Of a stretch of DNA of 64,000 nt, positions 36,617 to 46,844 are shown piece by piece. The stretch is from a virus. Position numbers and translations under genes: made by a program. A model generated the notes under the pieces. The model saw nothing but the letters and a program-made list of their open reading frames with translations. It was not told the DNA's origin and made no database searches. The stretch lies in IMG/VR virus record IMGVR_UViG_3300048033_000725, positions 5,037-69,036 of that record. One strand, written 5' to 3'. The stretch's first letter is position 1. Each line of letters opens with the position of its first letter.

Positions 36617-37873
36617 TTACAGCAAGTTGCTTACTGAGAAACCACGGTAGTATGTGTTAGTACGGGCGTTAAGAGCGCCTGCGCCAGCAGTAGTACCTTG
36701 AGCAAATGGGTTCGCAACCATGCCGTAGCGAGTTTTGAAACCGATTTTTGGTTGGAAAGTGTTCTCACCAACTGCACGAACCATCTGAAGTGGTACGTAT
36801 GGGCAGTAGAAGATACCAGCATCGTATGCGCTGTCGCCTTTATAACCTGTAACAACAAAGTCGTTACCTGCATATGGGTCAACGTATACTTTAGTGCGAC
36901 CGTTCAGTACACCAGCAAATGTGTTGCCAGTTGTGTCTACGTTCAGGTTGGTGTTCAACGCTGGGTTGTAGTCCATGATACCTGCGGCTGCCAAAGCAGA
37001 TGCAACATCAGAAGAAACAATGATAAAGTTACCTTTACCACGGCGTGTTTCTTTTGCGATTGTGTTTGCTTCACGCTCGATTTGGAACATCAAACCTTTG
37101 TAACGCTCAACTGACCAACGACCATCGGCATCAGCGGCAACGTCAAACGCACCAGCAGTTGCACCGAGTTTCGCAGAACGGTAGATTGTACGCATTACTT
37201 CGCGGTTGATTTCAGCAAGAATTTCGCCAGACAAGATGTTGGCAAGTTCTGTTTCTGCGTCAAGACCGTGAACTGCTTTCAAGTCTTGTGCAAGTTCAAC
37301 AGTGTATTCTGCTTTCAGCGCACGGGTTTTGGCTTCAACAGAAATCTTCTCTACAGAGAATTGCATTTCGTTGAAAGTACCTTCACCAGCGGAACCGAGA
37401 CCTTCACCAGCGGCTGTAGTCATACCAGTACCAGCAGTGTACTCAGTACCAACGCCATCTGGGTCAGCAACCATTGGGTCAGTACCTGCATGAGTACCAG
37501 CACCAGAGAAATCTGTGTCGGCTTCATTGTAGAATACTTCGTTGCCTGCGCCATCTTTGGCACGCATTGCAAAGATAAGACCTGTTGGTGCAGTCATTGG
37601 CTGAACACCAGCAACATCATATGCAATCAACTGAGGCATAGAACGGCGAACAAGTGAAATCAGGACTGGGTCAAAGTTAGAAACGTTGGCAGTACCGTTC
37701 AGAGGGGCGGCTTCGAAAAGACCCATCTGCTCACGCTGTTCATTAATTGCCTTTTCTTGGTTCTCAAGAAGGACGGCAGTTACCGCTTTTTTATACGGGT
37801 CTTGGATAGCAGGCGCATCGGCATGCTCCAGGATTGGTTCCCATTTTTTCTGGGATTGTTCAGAAAGATACAT
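36617..37873 (-). CDS. 23: Major capsid protein (gp23)
   Basis: LLENQE, GVQPMTAPTGLIFAMR, ELAQDLKAVHGLDAE, FQPKIGFKTRYG. Confidence 0.98.
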   Translation of the reverse strand: MYLSEQSQKKWEPILEHADAPAIQDPYKKAVTAVLLENQEKAINEQREQMGLFEAAPLNGTANVSNFDPVLISLVRRSMPQLIAYDVAGVQPMTAPTGLIFAMRAKDGAGNEVFYNEADTDFSGAGTHAGTDPMVADPDGVGTEYTAGTGMTTAAGEGLGSAGEGTFNEMQFSVEKISVEAKTRALKAEYTVELAQDLKAVHGLDAETELANILSGEILAEINREVMRTIYRSAKLGATAGAFDVAADADGRWSVERYKGLMFQIEREANTIAKETRRGKGNFIIVSSDVASALAAAGIMDYNPALNTNLNVDTTGNTFAGVLNGRTKVYVDPYAGNDFVVTGYKGDSAYDAGIFYCPYVPLQMVRAVGENTFQPKIGFKTRYGMVANPFAQGTTAGAGALNARTNTYYRGFSVSNLL

Positions 37874-37947
37874 ATCTTTTCTCCTTAAAGTTTATTGTTA
37901 AGTCAAACTGTTAATATAAACATTCAAAAGTGTCATATTCATATTAT

Positions 37948-37955
37948 TATTTATA
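37948..37955 (-). promoter_or_regulatory. T4-type late promoter TATAAATA
   Basis: Exact consensus upstream of gp23. Confidence 0.85.
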
Positions 37956-37960
37956 TGACA

Positions 37961-39028
37961 TTACTTTTTCATGCTTGAAAGTGTTCTAGCATAAATACTC
38001 ATACTTTCGCTAAGTGATTCCGCTTGCGGAGCATCCACACTATCTTCTTTTTCTGCGCCAGTTGCCCTTACTTTAGGGAAATATGATTCCTTGATAGTTT
38101 CTAACTTCTCACGGTACTGGTCAATTGTTTCGAACTCTACGCCTTCAGCCAAAGACTTTACTTTCTCTGCTTGTGTGTCAGTCAGACCAACCACTGCTTC
38201 TGAAAGTGCATTCTCTGCTTTAATAGCATCAAGTTCTTTCTTCATAGCAACGTTCTTTTCAAACTCTTCATTGAGTTTTGCTTCCAAGTCTTCAGATTTA
38301 GTTGCAAGTTCTTCAACTAGGTCTGCTTTCTCTTCTGGAACGTCAATATAATTTTCTACGAACAGATTTTTCAATCCACCCATAAATTCTTCGGCAATCT
38401 CTGTACGGATGCCACGCTCAATTGCAAGTGCGTTATCTTTAACCCACTCTTCAACAACGTAGTTCAGATAACCATCAACTTTTTCTGCAAGTTCGCCACG
38501 GGCTTCTTCCAGTTTAGTTTCAAACTCAGCCTGTGCGGCTTCTTGAATGGCATCCAGTTGTTCTGCAACTTTTGCTTTAACTGCGGCTTCGAAAATCGTA
38601 GTCGCTTTTTCTTTAAATTCTTCTGACAATTCAGCATCAGAACCAGCAAGAAGTGCATCAACGTCTTCTGCAACGTCAACAGTAAGTTCTACTTCTTCCT
38701 TTTTCATTTTCTTTTTAGACGCATAAAGTTTCTGCTCTTCTGCTTCTTCAGCATCGTCATCATCTTCGTCTTCGTCTTCTGCGTCATCATCGCCATCTTC
38801 GTCTTCTGCGTCATCGTCTTCTTCTTCAGACTTGACAGACTTTTTGGCTTCTTCAATTTCTTCAGCCGCTTCTTCAGCAACTACTTCAGTTGCTTCTTCA
38901 GCAACATCTTCCGCAACAACTTCTTCAGTCGTATCTTCGGATTCTTGAATTGCTTCAAGGTCCTCAGAAATTACTTCTTCTGTTGTTACTTCTTCTTCAT
39001 TGATTTGCTCTGCAAATTTCTTTAGCAT
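37961..39028 (-). CDS. 22: Prohead scaffold (gp22)
   Basis: KATTIFEAAV, YLNYVVEEW, IKESYF; highly acidic. Confidence 0.93.
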   Translation of the reverse strand: MLKKFAEQINEEEVTTEEVISEDLEAIQESEDTTEEVVAEDVAEEATEVVAEEAAEEIEEAKKSVKSEEEDDDAEDEDGDDDAEDEDEDDDDAEEAEEQKLYASKKKMKKEEVELTVDVAEDVDALLAGSDAELSEEFKEKATTIFEAAVKAKVAEQLDAIQEAAQAEFETKLEEARGELAEKVDGYLNYVVEEWVKDNALAIERGIRTEIAEEFMGGLKNLFVENYIDVPEEKADLVEELATKSEDLEAKLNEEFEKNVAMKKELDAIKAENALSEAVVGLTDTQAEKVKSLAEGVEFETIDQYREKLETIKESYFPKVRATGAEKEDSVDAPQAESLSESMSIYARTLSSMKK

Positions 39029-39065
39029 GAGATTAATCTCCTTTTATGAAAGTTATTATCATATG

Positions 39066-39073
39066 TATTTATA
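39066..39073 (-). promoter_or_regulatory. T4-type late promoter TATAAATA
   Basis: Exact consensus upstream of gp22. Confidence 0.85.
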
Positions 39074-39076
39074 CAC

Positions 39077-39721
39077 TTACAATTTTTGAATGAAGTCAGA
39101 GAATAACCTAATCTTTACTTCTTCAAGTTGGAATGATGAAGCAGATTTAATTTGCTTTTCATATTCTCCGATGGTGCTTTCTCGCAATACACCGTTATCC
39201 CAAATCCACTCTTTACCCTCCATGATACCGTCTACAAACGCATCTGGTGCAGACGGGTCTGCAACAATGTCGGCGGCGGTGGCAAGATAGAAATCTTGTT
39301 GCACAATATTTGTGCCGTTAGATTGTTTAAGCGAACCCATACCACGAGAAGATACTCCCAAACGGGCACCTTCTTGCATAAGGTTCTTCACGATTTTGCC
39401 CATTGGCGTATCCATGATTTTTGCTTTACCGATAAAGTTGTCACCATCACGGTATAGTTCTTTAATCATGTGAGATACACGGTCTAAATTGATAGTAGGA
39501 CCATCAGGATGTCCTAGTTCACCGAATGCTCTGTTACTAGTAATGTACGCATCAGTATAACGCTTTACTTCTTTTTCAAGAACGTCTGCGGGATATACAC
39601 GCCCATTCCTATTCTTTTTATTCGCCTGCATAAAGACGCCAGAGATATAAAACTGTTTTTCGCCAGCGACTTCTTCAGTGATATATTCTACGTCTTCAAC
39701 TGTTTCTGCAATAAGTTTCAT
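39077..39721 (-). CDS. 21: Prohead protease (gp21)
   Basis: NRNGRVYP, GELGHP, GVSSRGMGS, DIVADPSAPDA. Confidence 0.97.
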   Translation of the reverse strand: MKLIAETVEDVEYITEEVAGEKQFYISGVFMQANKKNRNGRVYPADVLEKEVKRYTDAYITSNRAFGELGHPDGPTINLDRVSHMIKELYRDGDNFIGKAKIMDTPMGKIVKNLMQEGARLGVSSRGMGSLKQSNGTNIVQQDFYLATAADIVADPSAPDAFVDGIMEGKEWIWDNGVLRESTIGEYEKQIKSASSFQLEEVKIRLFSDFIQKL

Positions 39722-40140
39722 TTGTTGAAGCCCCTTGTTTGTCTTTTTCTATTAGTCAATTTACGTTTGATACCAGCCCTACTAGATTTTGCCGCTCTCT
39801 TTCGTGCCGCTTTTTTCTGAGCAATTTTGCGATTGCGTCTTTCAGAAGCAGACATTCTTACAACGTTTTGACTTCCATCACCTTTACTTCTGTATTTAGA
39901 ATCCGTTGCAACGATTTTACGTCTCTGTACAACTCCACCACGAATACGATTAACACGCTTTACTCTTGCTTCGTCAACCTCTTCATCACCGTCTTCAATC
40001 TCTTCAAGCATATCATTTGCGATTAACTCTTTGAATTCTTTAAATAGTTCATCTACCTTACTATTTATAACGGATTCAAACACTTTATTTGTTTCAAGTG
40101 CATCACCCTTTTCAATAGCGTCAATCAAATGTTTGCTCAT
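39718..40140 (-). CDS. Prohead core protein (gp67-like N-terminus, gp68-like basic C-terminus)
   Basis: MSKHLIDAIEKGDAL... then VDEA and an Arg/Lys-rich tail; start at ATG 40140. Confidence 0.65.
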   Translation of the reverse strand: MSKHLIDAIEKGDALETNKVFESVINSKVDELFKEFKELIANDMLEEIEDGDEEVDEARVKRVNRIRGGVVQRRKIVATDSKYRSKGDGSQNVVRMSASERRNRKIAQKKAARKRAAKSSRAGIKRKLTNRKRQTRGFNK

Positions 40141-40514
40141 TTTACTGCACCCCAAGAGAAGTCAACTGCTTTCTGGAAGTTTGCCTTACTCTTACCTAGC
40201 ATGTCCGTAAACTTAGACTTATTTTTATCGTTAAGTGCATCAATAACTTTTAAAATAACATTTGCTGTCTGCATATCAACTTTAACAGATTTACCATCTT
40301 TAAGTTTAACGCTCATTGCTTGTTTATTTTTAGCAATGGATTTGATTGTGTCGATAGCATCTTCATCAATCATAAATGAATCCGCTTCGGTGTCAAGAAC
40401 ATCTTCTACGTCAATGTTGTCAATTTCAAACTCAACATCTTTATCTTGAATGCGTAGGTGACCGTCTTCCGATTCGGAAACCAATGATGCCTTTAACTCT
40501 CTAAAGGTTTTCAT
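40137..40514 (-). CDS. Putative prohead core/internal protein
   Basis: MKTFRELK N-terminus; lies between gp20 and gp21. Confidence 0.6.
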   Translation of the reverse strand: MKTFRELKASLVSESEDGHLRIQDKDVEFEIDNIDVEDVLDTEADSFMIDEDAIDTIKSIAKNKQAMSVKLKDGKSVKVDMQTANVILKVIDALNDKNKSKFTDMLGKSKANFQKAVDFSWGAVK

Positions 40515-40515
40515 A

Positions 40516-40683
40516 CTAATCTTCCTTTTCAGTTGGAACAGTCAGCATGTTAGATGCAACATCTCTTTTCATATTCTCAATTTTTTCGAATGCCTTCTTA
40601 GACAAAACTGAGTTTACTGTATCTTGCAACTGTAATGCGTCTGTTGTTTCTGCGTTCTTAATAATGTCAAGTGTCGTATTCAT
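40516..40683 (-). CDS. Small gp67-like core protein (55 aa), below the ORF-track cutoff
   Basis: MNTTLDIIKNAETTDALQLQDTVNSVLSKKAFEKIENMKRDVASNML...; immediately after the portal gene. Confidence 0.6.
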   Translation of the reverse strand: MNTTLDIIKNAETTDALQLQDTVNSVLSKKAFEKIENMKRDVASNMLTVPTEKED

Positions 40684-40685
40684 TT

Positions 40686-42170
40686 TTAAAAGCCCTCATC
40701 TTCAATTTCAATTTCGCCGCTCTTTATCTCTTTAGCAATCTGAGCATCCAATTCTTCGATTTCTTCATCAGTATATTTTAGAATATCTTTCATAACTTGT
40801 TGACGAGAAAAATACTTTCCTACATACTGGTCATACTCTGAAACAAGCGCAAGTCTTTCACGCATAATCTCTTGGTTTTTAATCTCCGTGAAGTATGTAT
40901 CTGCCCTAAAATCGTAATAGATTCCATCTTTAATTTCATCCCACTCTTCGGGTGAAATGACACCTTTCAAAATCAACTGTTTTTTCAGCAAATCGTCAAA
41001 CAAGTGTGAGAAACGAATTCTAATCTTTTTGATGAATTTGTTGAACTTGATTTCGTCTCTTGTAATCTCTTCACTTCGTCCAATAGAGAATTGATTTTCT
41101 GAATCCAAACGAGATGAAGGTACATTAAGTGACTTATATAATTTATTTTTGAAGTAGTTTACATCTTCCATTTCGCCTAAGTTTGCGCCACCGGCAAGTG
41201 TAGTAACTTCAGTACCTCTACCACCCTCACGGCGTGGCATCCAAAAATCTTCAAGCATTGACATGTGTTTTCTGTCACCGTCAATTTCTCCAGTAGAAGC
41301 ATTGTAAACAATTTTGTTTTTGTAGCGTGCCATGATATCACGCAAATATGCTTCTGCTTTACCCTTAGGTAAGTTACCAACATCTACATAGAAAATGCGG
41401 CGCTCTGGCGCTCTTGATAGTCTGTAAATAACAACTGCATCTTCAACTGCACGGAGTTGGTTCAGTGGTTTGATTGCTTTATGTAAATATGATTGCACTT
41501 GTTTACCTGATGGGTCTAGTAGACCAGAAGTAACATATGATACCGAATCCTTAGATATCTTTACACCACTTCCTGCACCTTCTAAACCATTTTCATTAAA
41601 TACAAAATATTCTTCATACTCTTTATATGTTTCTACGTTGGTTTCTTCGTCTTTTTCTTTTATAGGTTTACGAACCTTTTTAATCTGTCTTGGGTCGATA
41701 TATCGTAATTCCTTCAGTCCAGCCGAAGGTTCATTTACGTCAATTACGTTGTGATAATGAAGTCGACCATCAATATACCAACGCTTAAAAATGTCTGCGC
41801 CATAATTCCCGAAGTCGAGAAGTCGCAAAACATTACTAAATTCTTCTGTGATACGCTTCTTAACAGAAGCACCGTAATCTAAATTGTCAGTAATAACCTC
41901 TACAGGCGTTTCTGTTCCTTCTTGCACAACTGCTTCATTGATAATATCATCAATTGCAGTTTCACATTCAGGTGTTGCCGCCATATCACGATAACGATTA
42001 ATTAAATCTGTTTCGTTTTTGGACACACCTTCCAAGTCAATATATTGACCGAAAACACCACCTTCCGATACCTGAACAGCCCCATCGTCATTTGTCGGTG
42101 GGACAAACGAGGGGGTATCCTGATTATCTTCAGAAGCACGGTTTATTTCGAATCCGAATAACTTTGCCAT
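40686..42170 (-). CDS. 20: Portal protein (gp20)
   Basis: WYIDGR, RAPERRIFYVDVGNLP, EDFWMPRREGGRGTE. Confidence 0.98.
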   Translation of the reverse strand: MAKLFGFEINRASEDNQDTPSFVPPTNDDGAVQVSEGGVFGQYIDLEGVSKNETDLINRYRDMAATPECETAIDDIINEAVVQEGTETPVEVITDNLDYGASVKKRITEEFSNVLRLLDFGNYGADIFKRWYIDGRLHYHNVIDVNEPSAGLKELRYIDPRQIKKVRKPIKEKDEETNVETYKEYEEYFVFNENGLEGAGSGVKISKDSVSYVTSGLLDPSGKQVQSYLHKAIKPLNQLRAVEDAVVIYRLSRAPERRIFYVDVGNLPKGKAEAYLRDIMARYKNKIVYNASTGEIDGDRKHMSMLEDFWMPRREGGRGTEVTTLAGGANLGEMEDVNYFKNKLYKSLNVPSSRLDSENQFSIGRSEEITRDEIKFNKFIKKIRIRFSHLFDDLLKKQLILKGVISPEEWDEIKDGIYYDFRADTYFTEIKNQEIMRERLALVSEYDQYVGKYFSRQQVMKDILKYTDEEIEELDAQIAKEIKSGEIEIEDEGF

Positions 42171-42215
42171 AAATTAAAATCCTATCTAATGTTCATAATG
42201 AGGGAGCCTACAATA

Positions 42216-42223
42216 TATTTATA
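42216..42223 (-). promoter_or_regulatory. T4-type late promoter TATAAATA
   Basis: Exact consensus upstream of gp20. Confidence 0.85.
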
Positions 42224-42239
42224 GACCCCCTCAGAACGA

Positions 42240-42761
42240 TTAGATTACCGCATTGCTTACGTCTGTCCAGTAATCATACTGGAATGTGACTGTAAACTCT
42301 TCGATAGTGTCGTTTGAATACCAAGCAACATCAATCGGTGAAAGGTCTACTGGGAAGATACCAATAAATTGATATGTCTTCAGTACGTCCCCACCTTTAC
42401 CAAACTGTTTGATAGAACCTTCTGACTTCTGAAGAAGTGGTGAAGGTGTACCAATGTTTGCGACATGCGAGTTGATAGAACTCATCCAACGCTCCAGACC
42501 ATTGCGTACTGCAAAGTCTTCGTCATTGATTACAGTAACAGTCCATTCAGCGAATGTTCTGTTTCCTGCGATTTTCATGGTGCGACCGAAGTATGGTACT
42601 TCGATAACACCGAGTGTGTCTCCTGGCAACTGAGATGCTTTTGCCATGAATGTGAATTTATCAGAACCACCAAATGGGTTTGTGATTTCACATTCAAACA
42701 GATTGCTTCTTGCGCCGCCACCGGTAAGTTCACTTCTGAACCCGTCAATTGTAAAAGCCAT
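42240..42761 (-). CDS. 19: Tail tube protein (gp19)
   Basis: GGARSNLF, AGNRTFAEWTVT, IEEFTVTF. Confidence 0.95.
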   Translation of the reverse strand: MAFTIDGFRSELTGGGARSNLFECEITNPFGGSDKFTFMAKASQLPGDTLGVIEVPYFGRTMKIAGNRTFAEWTVTVINDEDFAVRNGLERWMSSINSHVANIGTPSPLLQKSEGSIKQFGKGGDVLKTYQFIGIFPVDLSPIDVAWYSNDTIEEFTVTFQYDYWTDVSNAVI

Positions 42762-42788
42762 GTTTTTTTCTCCTAGTTATCTGTGTTA

Positions 42789-44660
42789 TTAAAATTGACC
42801 TACAACTTCAGAGAAGTCTACGCCTGTTCTAACTGCAACAAAGTTCAACTGGATAAAGTTGATTGAACGAGCAGGCTTGATGTAGATATCACCAATGAAT
42901 TCGTTTCTATCAATTACTTCGCCAGTGTTGTTGCTCTCATCACATACAACTCGGAAGTCATAAATACCGCGGCGACCCTGTACATCACGCAAGAACGGTT
43001 CAACAAGATTGCGGAACTGTGAGCGGGTGAATTGGTCGTTAAACTCAAACAGTGAGTATTTAGCGGCAGTTGCGATTGCTTTCTCAAGCACGATAAACAA
43101 ACGTCTTACGTTAATTCTATCAAATGCGCTTGGTTTGGCAAGTAGCGTCTTATCACCGAACAAGATTGTACCTTCGCCTGGGAATGTAAGAATTGGGTTA
43201 ACACCGTTCTTGTACAATTCGTCACGGAAAGTTTTGCTTGGGGACCATGCAGTTTTAACAACGTTCTTAATCTGACCGCGGTTAAATCCAGCAGGAGACC
43301 ACCATGCGTCTCTTGTATCTGTTGCACGAACAACTAGACCAGCAACGTCACCATTAAATGGAACCCAACGATATACGTCATTGTATTTGTCGTACTGGTA
43401 TTTCCAGTTACCGTCAAGCATTGCGTATGAAGTCGATGGCAGAGTGTTGCGGAAGGCTACGATATCTGCGGCTTCACTACCTGCGTTATTTACACAGTCA
43501 GCAAACTCAGGCGACAAGAAGACAACACAATCAAGTCTTGCTTCGGCAATCGAAATCAAGTGAAGTGCAATTGTTTGGTTAGCATCAGCACCCAAAATCA
43601 GGGATACATCAACTTCTTCAGCATTTGAAAACAGGTCGTAACCAGAGATGATTTGTGCATCTGTAGCGGCATCGCCGTTTGCGCCACCACCAAGTGACCA
43701 AGTACCTGCAACAGTAATTGCTGTGCTGTTATAGTCAACACCGTCAGCGGCAGCAACATCCCAGTCGTTGGCGCCCATATCGTGGTCCATCCAACGAACC
43801 CAGTTAGAACGTCTTGCGATTACTTGTTTGTATGCGTTAGTAGAACCATCTGCATTCAAAGCGGCTGGCGCTTTAGAAACAAATGCAAACTTCTCAATAA
43901 CTTCACCTTTAGTACCTGTAAGTTCACCATCTTCGTCAATGACTGCAATGTGAAGTTCATCGTTAGATGCTCCACGCTTTTCTGCGTATGGTGATGTACC
44001 TGGCGCACCATCAAAAGATGTTGCATATTCCCACTGGAATGTTACTTCTGCGGCAGTCAAATCTGCTTCAAAAGCACTGTTCAGTGTTGCACCAGTATTA
44101 TCTACTGCGGTTACAATCTTAGTTTCGCCACCATTAATGACAAGTGAACCTACTGCAAGATGGTCATCTGCATCAGTAAGTGTAAGTGCTGTACCGACAG
44201 TATCTACTGTATGTGTGCTTTCAAAAGCGGCGGCAGATGCACAGATAGACACTTTCAGAGTGTTACCAATTTTACCTGCGAATTTCGCCGCAAAATACAA
44301 ATCAGCAACAGTGTTTTGTCCGCCTTCCCAATTTGATTCCCAATCGTCATCGTTTTCGATGAGTACGCCAGACCCTGCGGTCGTTGCGTTCAATTGGTTG
44401 TCTTGAGCAACACGAACTACTTGAAGGTTGTTACCGTATGCTAAGAAGTTAGCACCAGTATAAAAATGGATTGCTGTTTCATTGGTTGGTTTACCAAACA
44501 TATTGGCAAGCGAATCCTCGTTTCCGAGCAACTTGCGTTCCATGATTGGACCCCACCCAAAATTGCCAGCAAGACAACCACCAGTCGCCGCAACGGCTGG
44601 TACTACGGTAGTTAAGTCAATTTCTGTGACATTAACACCTGGACTTAGTTGAAATGGCAT
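42789..44660 (-). CDS. 18: Tail sheath protein (gp18)
   Basis: SPGVNVTEIDLT, SPAGFNRG, FDRINVRRLF, IKPARSINFI. Confidence 0.97.
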   Translation of the reverse strand: MPFQLSPGVNVTEIDLTTVVPAVAATGGCLAGNFGWGPIMERKLLGNEDSLANMFGKPTNETAIHFYTGANFLAYGNNLQVVRVAQDNQLNATTAGSGVLIENDDDWESNWEGGQNTVADLYFAAKFAGKIGNTLKVSICASAAAFESTHTVDTVGTALTLTDADDHLAVGSLVINGGETKIVTAVDNTGATLNSAFEADLTAAEVTFQWEYATSFDGAPGTSPYAEKRGASNDELHIAVIDEDGELTGTKGEVIEKFAFVSKAPAALNADGSTNAYKQVIARRSNWVRWMDHDMGANDWDVAAADGVDYNSTAITVAGTWSLGGGANGDAATDAQIISGYDLFSNAEEVDVSLILGADANQTIALHLISIAEARLDCVVFLSPEFADCVNNAGSEAADIVAFRNTLPSTSYAMLDGNWKYQYDKYNDVYRWVPFNGDVAGLVVRATDTRDAWWSPAGFNRGQIKNVVKTAWSPSKTFRDELYKNGVNPILTFPGEGTILFGDKTLLAKPSAFDRINVRRLFIVLEKAIATAAKYSLFEFNDQFTRSQFRNLVEPFLRDVQGRRGIYDFRVVCDESNNTGEVIDRNEFIGDIYIKPARSINFIQLNFVAVRTGVDFSEVVGQF

Positions 44661-44734
44661 ATTTCATTCTCCTTTGTTTAAAATTCAAATTGTTTTGAAG
44701 AATATGGGTTAATCAAATTCTTGTTTAACAATAT

Positions 44735-44742
44735 TATTTAGT
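44735..44742 (-). promoter_or_regulatory. Late promoter variant ACTAAATA
   Basis: Upstream of gp18; same variant as upstream of gp13. Confidence 0.6.
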
Positions 44743-44760
44743 ATTCTTCAGTTTTACAGA

Positions 44761-46398
44761 TTACCAATCATTTCCCCATCTAAGTGCTTTTTCAGTGGAC
44801 CAGAGTGTACCACTATTATCAACATATGTTGTATCGGATGCACTTACGCCATCATCAATAAATCCGAACGGGGTTAATTCTTCATCAATCATCTCACGGT
44901 TATATTCTTCTAGTTTTCGTCTGAAATCCATATTTGTAAGTTCTTTGAAATACTTCTGAGAAGTCATCCATGAAAATAGAACAAGACACATAACTAAGTC
45001 ATCATGCGAACCGCTCTCTGCTTCATAAGACTGCGCCTTACTTACAAATGTGTTTAATTCAGATATAATATCAAAATCATTCAAAATCAATTGGTCAGAC
45101 ACAATTAAATCTTTTAGTGTCTGACACCCAACACGTTTTACATACTTAGACGTTTTAACGCCCATAGTTACATTCTTACCGAAACCTGCACCGATTTGTT
45201 GACCCGCTCTACCCATTTGGGCAACACTCATCAAATTTTCATACTCCAAATCAGAATGCAGAATATCTGCTACTTGTTGACCTACATCATTAACCTCAAC
45301 AAGAACGTATGCTTCATTGTATTTAGTCCCGGCTGTTTTTACAACTTGCGGATAAAGCAGTGGCGATATGTTTTTGTTTCTATATTTTGCAACTATCTTA
45401 TACGGCAGAACTGATATATCAACAACAACAAATGCAGAATAATCTGCTCCTGTGCCTCGAGAAGTATCAACTACTATTGCATAGGAATGTTCAGGTTGTG
45501 GTTCTTCATATATTGAAGTGCCTTCTTTATTATATTTAGCCGTTTCGTATGTTAGAGTCCTGAGTTTTGAACCTGGGATTAGAGTGTTCGATGAACCAAT
45601 AAATTCACACTCAAATTCTACCCTAAATTGGTCTTCAGATGTGTTTGCAATCTGTTCATTTTTCCACTTCTCATCACGCCCTGGTATGTCTGACCAGTGA
45701 ACATCAACTCTCTTATATGAGTTGCGCCCCTTCTCACTATCAGCCCATAACTTGTAGAACATGTTAAGACCGTTTGGTGTAGAGGTTATCAAAACTTTTG
45801 TGGTCTTACCACTTGAAATTGTGGGGTATACAGAAGCAAAGAATTCGTCTTGCAAATTTGCAGGAATAAATGCAAATTCGTCTAAGTAAATCAAGTTAAA
45901 TGAACCACCACGAATAGCAGAAGAAGATGTAGCAGAACTTAGAATTTTTGAACCATTCTCTAGTTCAATGTTACCCTTGTTCCACTCTACAACACCTTGT
46001 TGCATCCACTTGGGTAGTGCTTCATACGCACGTTGAATACGGGAAAGAATTTCTCTCGCCTGTGCGAGTTTGTGTGCTAGAATAGCAATATTGTATTCTT
46101 CATTAAAAAGAACTGCATGTAATAGAAGTGCGGCAATCGTAGTAGTCTTACCAGACTGTCGAGGCATCTTACATATAACAAATCTGTTTTCTTGTACTTT
46201 ACTGATGATATCCCTCTGAAACTCATATGGTTCAAAAGGTATGAAACCTTCGTCTACGTTGACAATCTTTACATAATGTGTGATAAAGTATTGTGGGTCA
46301 TTCGCACATGTAACCCATTCGTTGATTTGTTCTTGTGTAAACTCACTTTCAACGTTTGCTCTTTTTAGATTAGGATTGCCTAGATAGTTTTCACTCAT
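44761..46398 (-). CDS. 17: Terminase large subunit (gp17)
   Basis: YLGNPNLK, RQSGKTT, YLDEFAF, STPNG, HDDLVM. Confidence 0.98.
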   Translation of the reverse strand: MSENYLGNPNLKRANVESEFTQEQINEWVTCANDPQYFITHYVKIVNVDEGFIPFEPYEFQRDIISKVQENRFVICKMPRQSGKTTTIAALLLHAVLFNEEYNIAILAHKLAQAREILSRIQRAYEALPKWMQQGVVEWNKGNIELENGSKILSSATSSSAIRGGSFNLIYLDEFAFIPANLQDEFFASVYPTISSGKTTKVLITSTPNGLNMFYKLWADSEKGRNSYKRVDVHWSDIPGRDEKWKNEQIANTSEDQFRVEFECEFIGSSNTLIPGSKLRTLTYETAKYNKEGTSIYEEPQPEHSYAIVVDTSRGTGADYSAFVVVDISVLPYKIVAKYRNKNISPLLYPQVVKTAGTKYNEAYVLVEVNDVGQQVADILHSDLEYENLMSVAQMGRAGQQIGAGFGKNVTMGVKTSKYVKRVGCQTLKDLIVSDQLILNDFDIISELNTFVSKAQSYEAESGSHDDLVMCLVLFSWMTSQKYFKELTNMDFRRKLEEYNREMIDEELTPFGFIDDGVSASDTTYVDNSGTLWSTEKALRWGNDW

Positions 46399-46825
46399 TA
46401 TCTTCTACTCTTGCGCCTTTTGCAAGTTGAAGCAATTGTTGCTGTAACTCTTTTGTACTACCTACAAATACGGTATTATTTTGAACCGCTTTTGCTGGTC
46501 CAGAATATTCTTCTTTATCTAGTTCTTTTTTCTGCTTATGTACATCAAGCAATTCTTTGTTTGCTTCAACCATAGTCTTAATCAACGTAGACGCAACTTC
46601 ATATGCACGAGGCTGTTCGCTCTCCTTTGCAAGTTGCAAGATACCATTAACTGCCTCTTCACCCTTTTCAATGAGTTTAGCAATATTGTCTTTTGCTTTA
46701 GAGAAGTCTTCATCAGCATCACTACCAGAAACAACTACAGGTGCAAATACTTCTTGTTCTGCTTCAATAATTTCTGAATTGATATTCAACGCATCTTCTA
46801 ATTTTTCTTCTACAGTCTTTTTCAT
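46391..46825 (-). CDS. 16: Terminase small subunit (gp16)
   Basis: PRAYEVA, NNTVFVGSTKELQ. Confidence 0.9.
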   Translation of the reverse strand: MKKTVEEKLEDALNINSEIIEAEQEVFAPVVVSGSDADEDFSKAKDNIAKLIEKGEEAVNGILQLAKESEQPRAYEVASTLIKTMVEANKELLDVHKQKKELDKEEYSGPAKAVQNNTVFVGSTKELQQQLLQLAKGARVEDNE

Positions 46826-46844
46826 TCTATAGCAATCCTATATT

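Noticed and set aside
38750-38830. Tandem-like repeats TTCGTCTTCTGCGTCATC
   Set aside because: They encode the Asp/Glu low-complexity tract of gp22; not a CRISPR array or iteron.
8857-46398. Inteins, introns or homing endonucleases in gp41, gp43, uvsW, gp46, gp17, gp20 or gp23
   Set aside because: Lengths and motif spacing are normal; no splicing or HNH/GIY-YIG/LAGLIDADG motifs seen.
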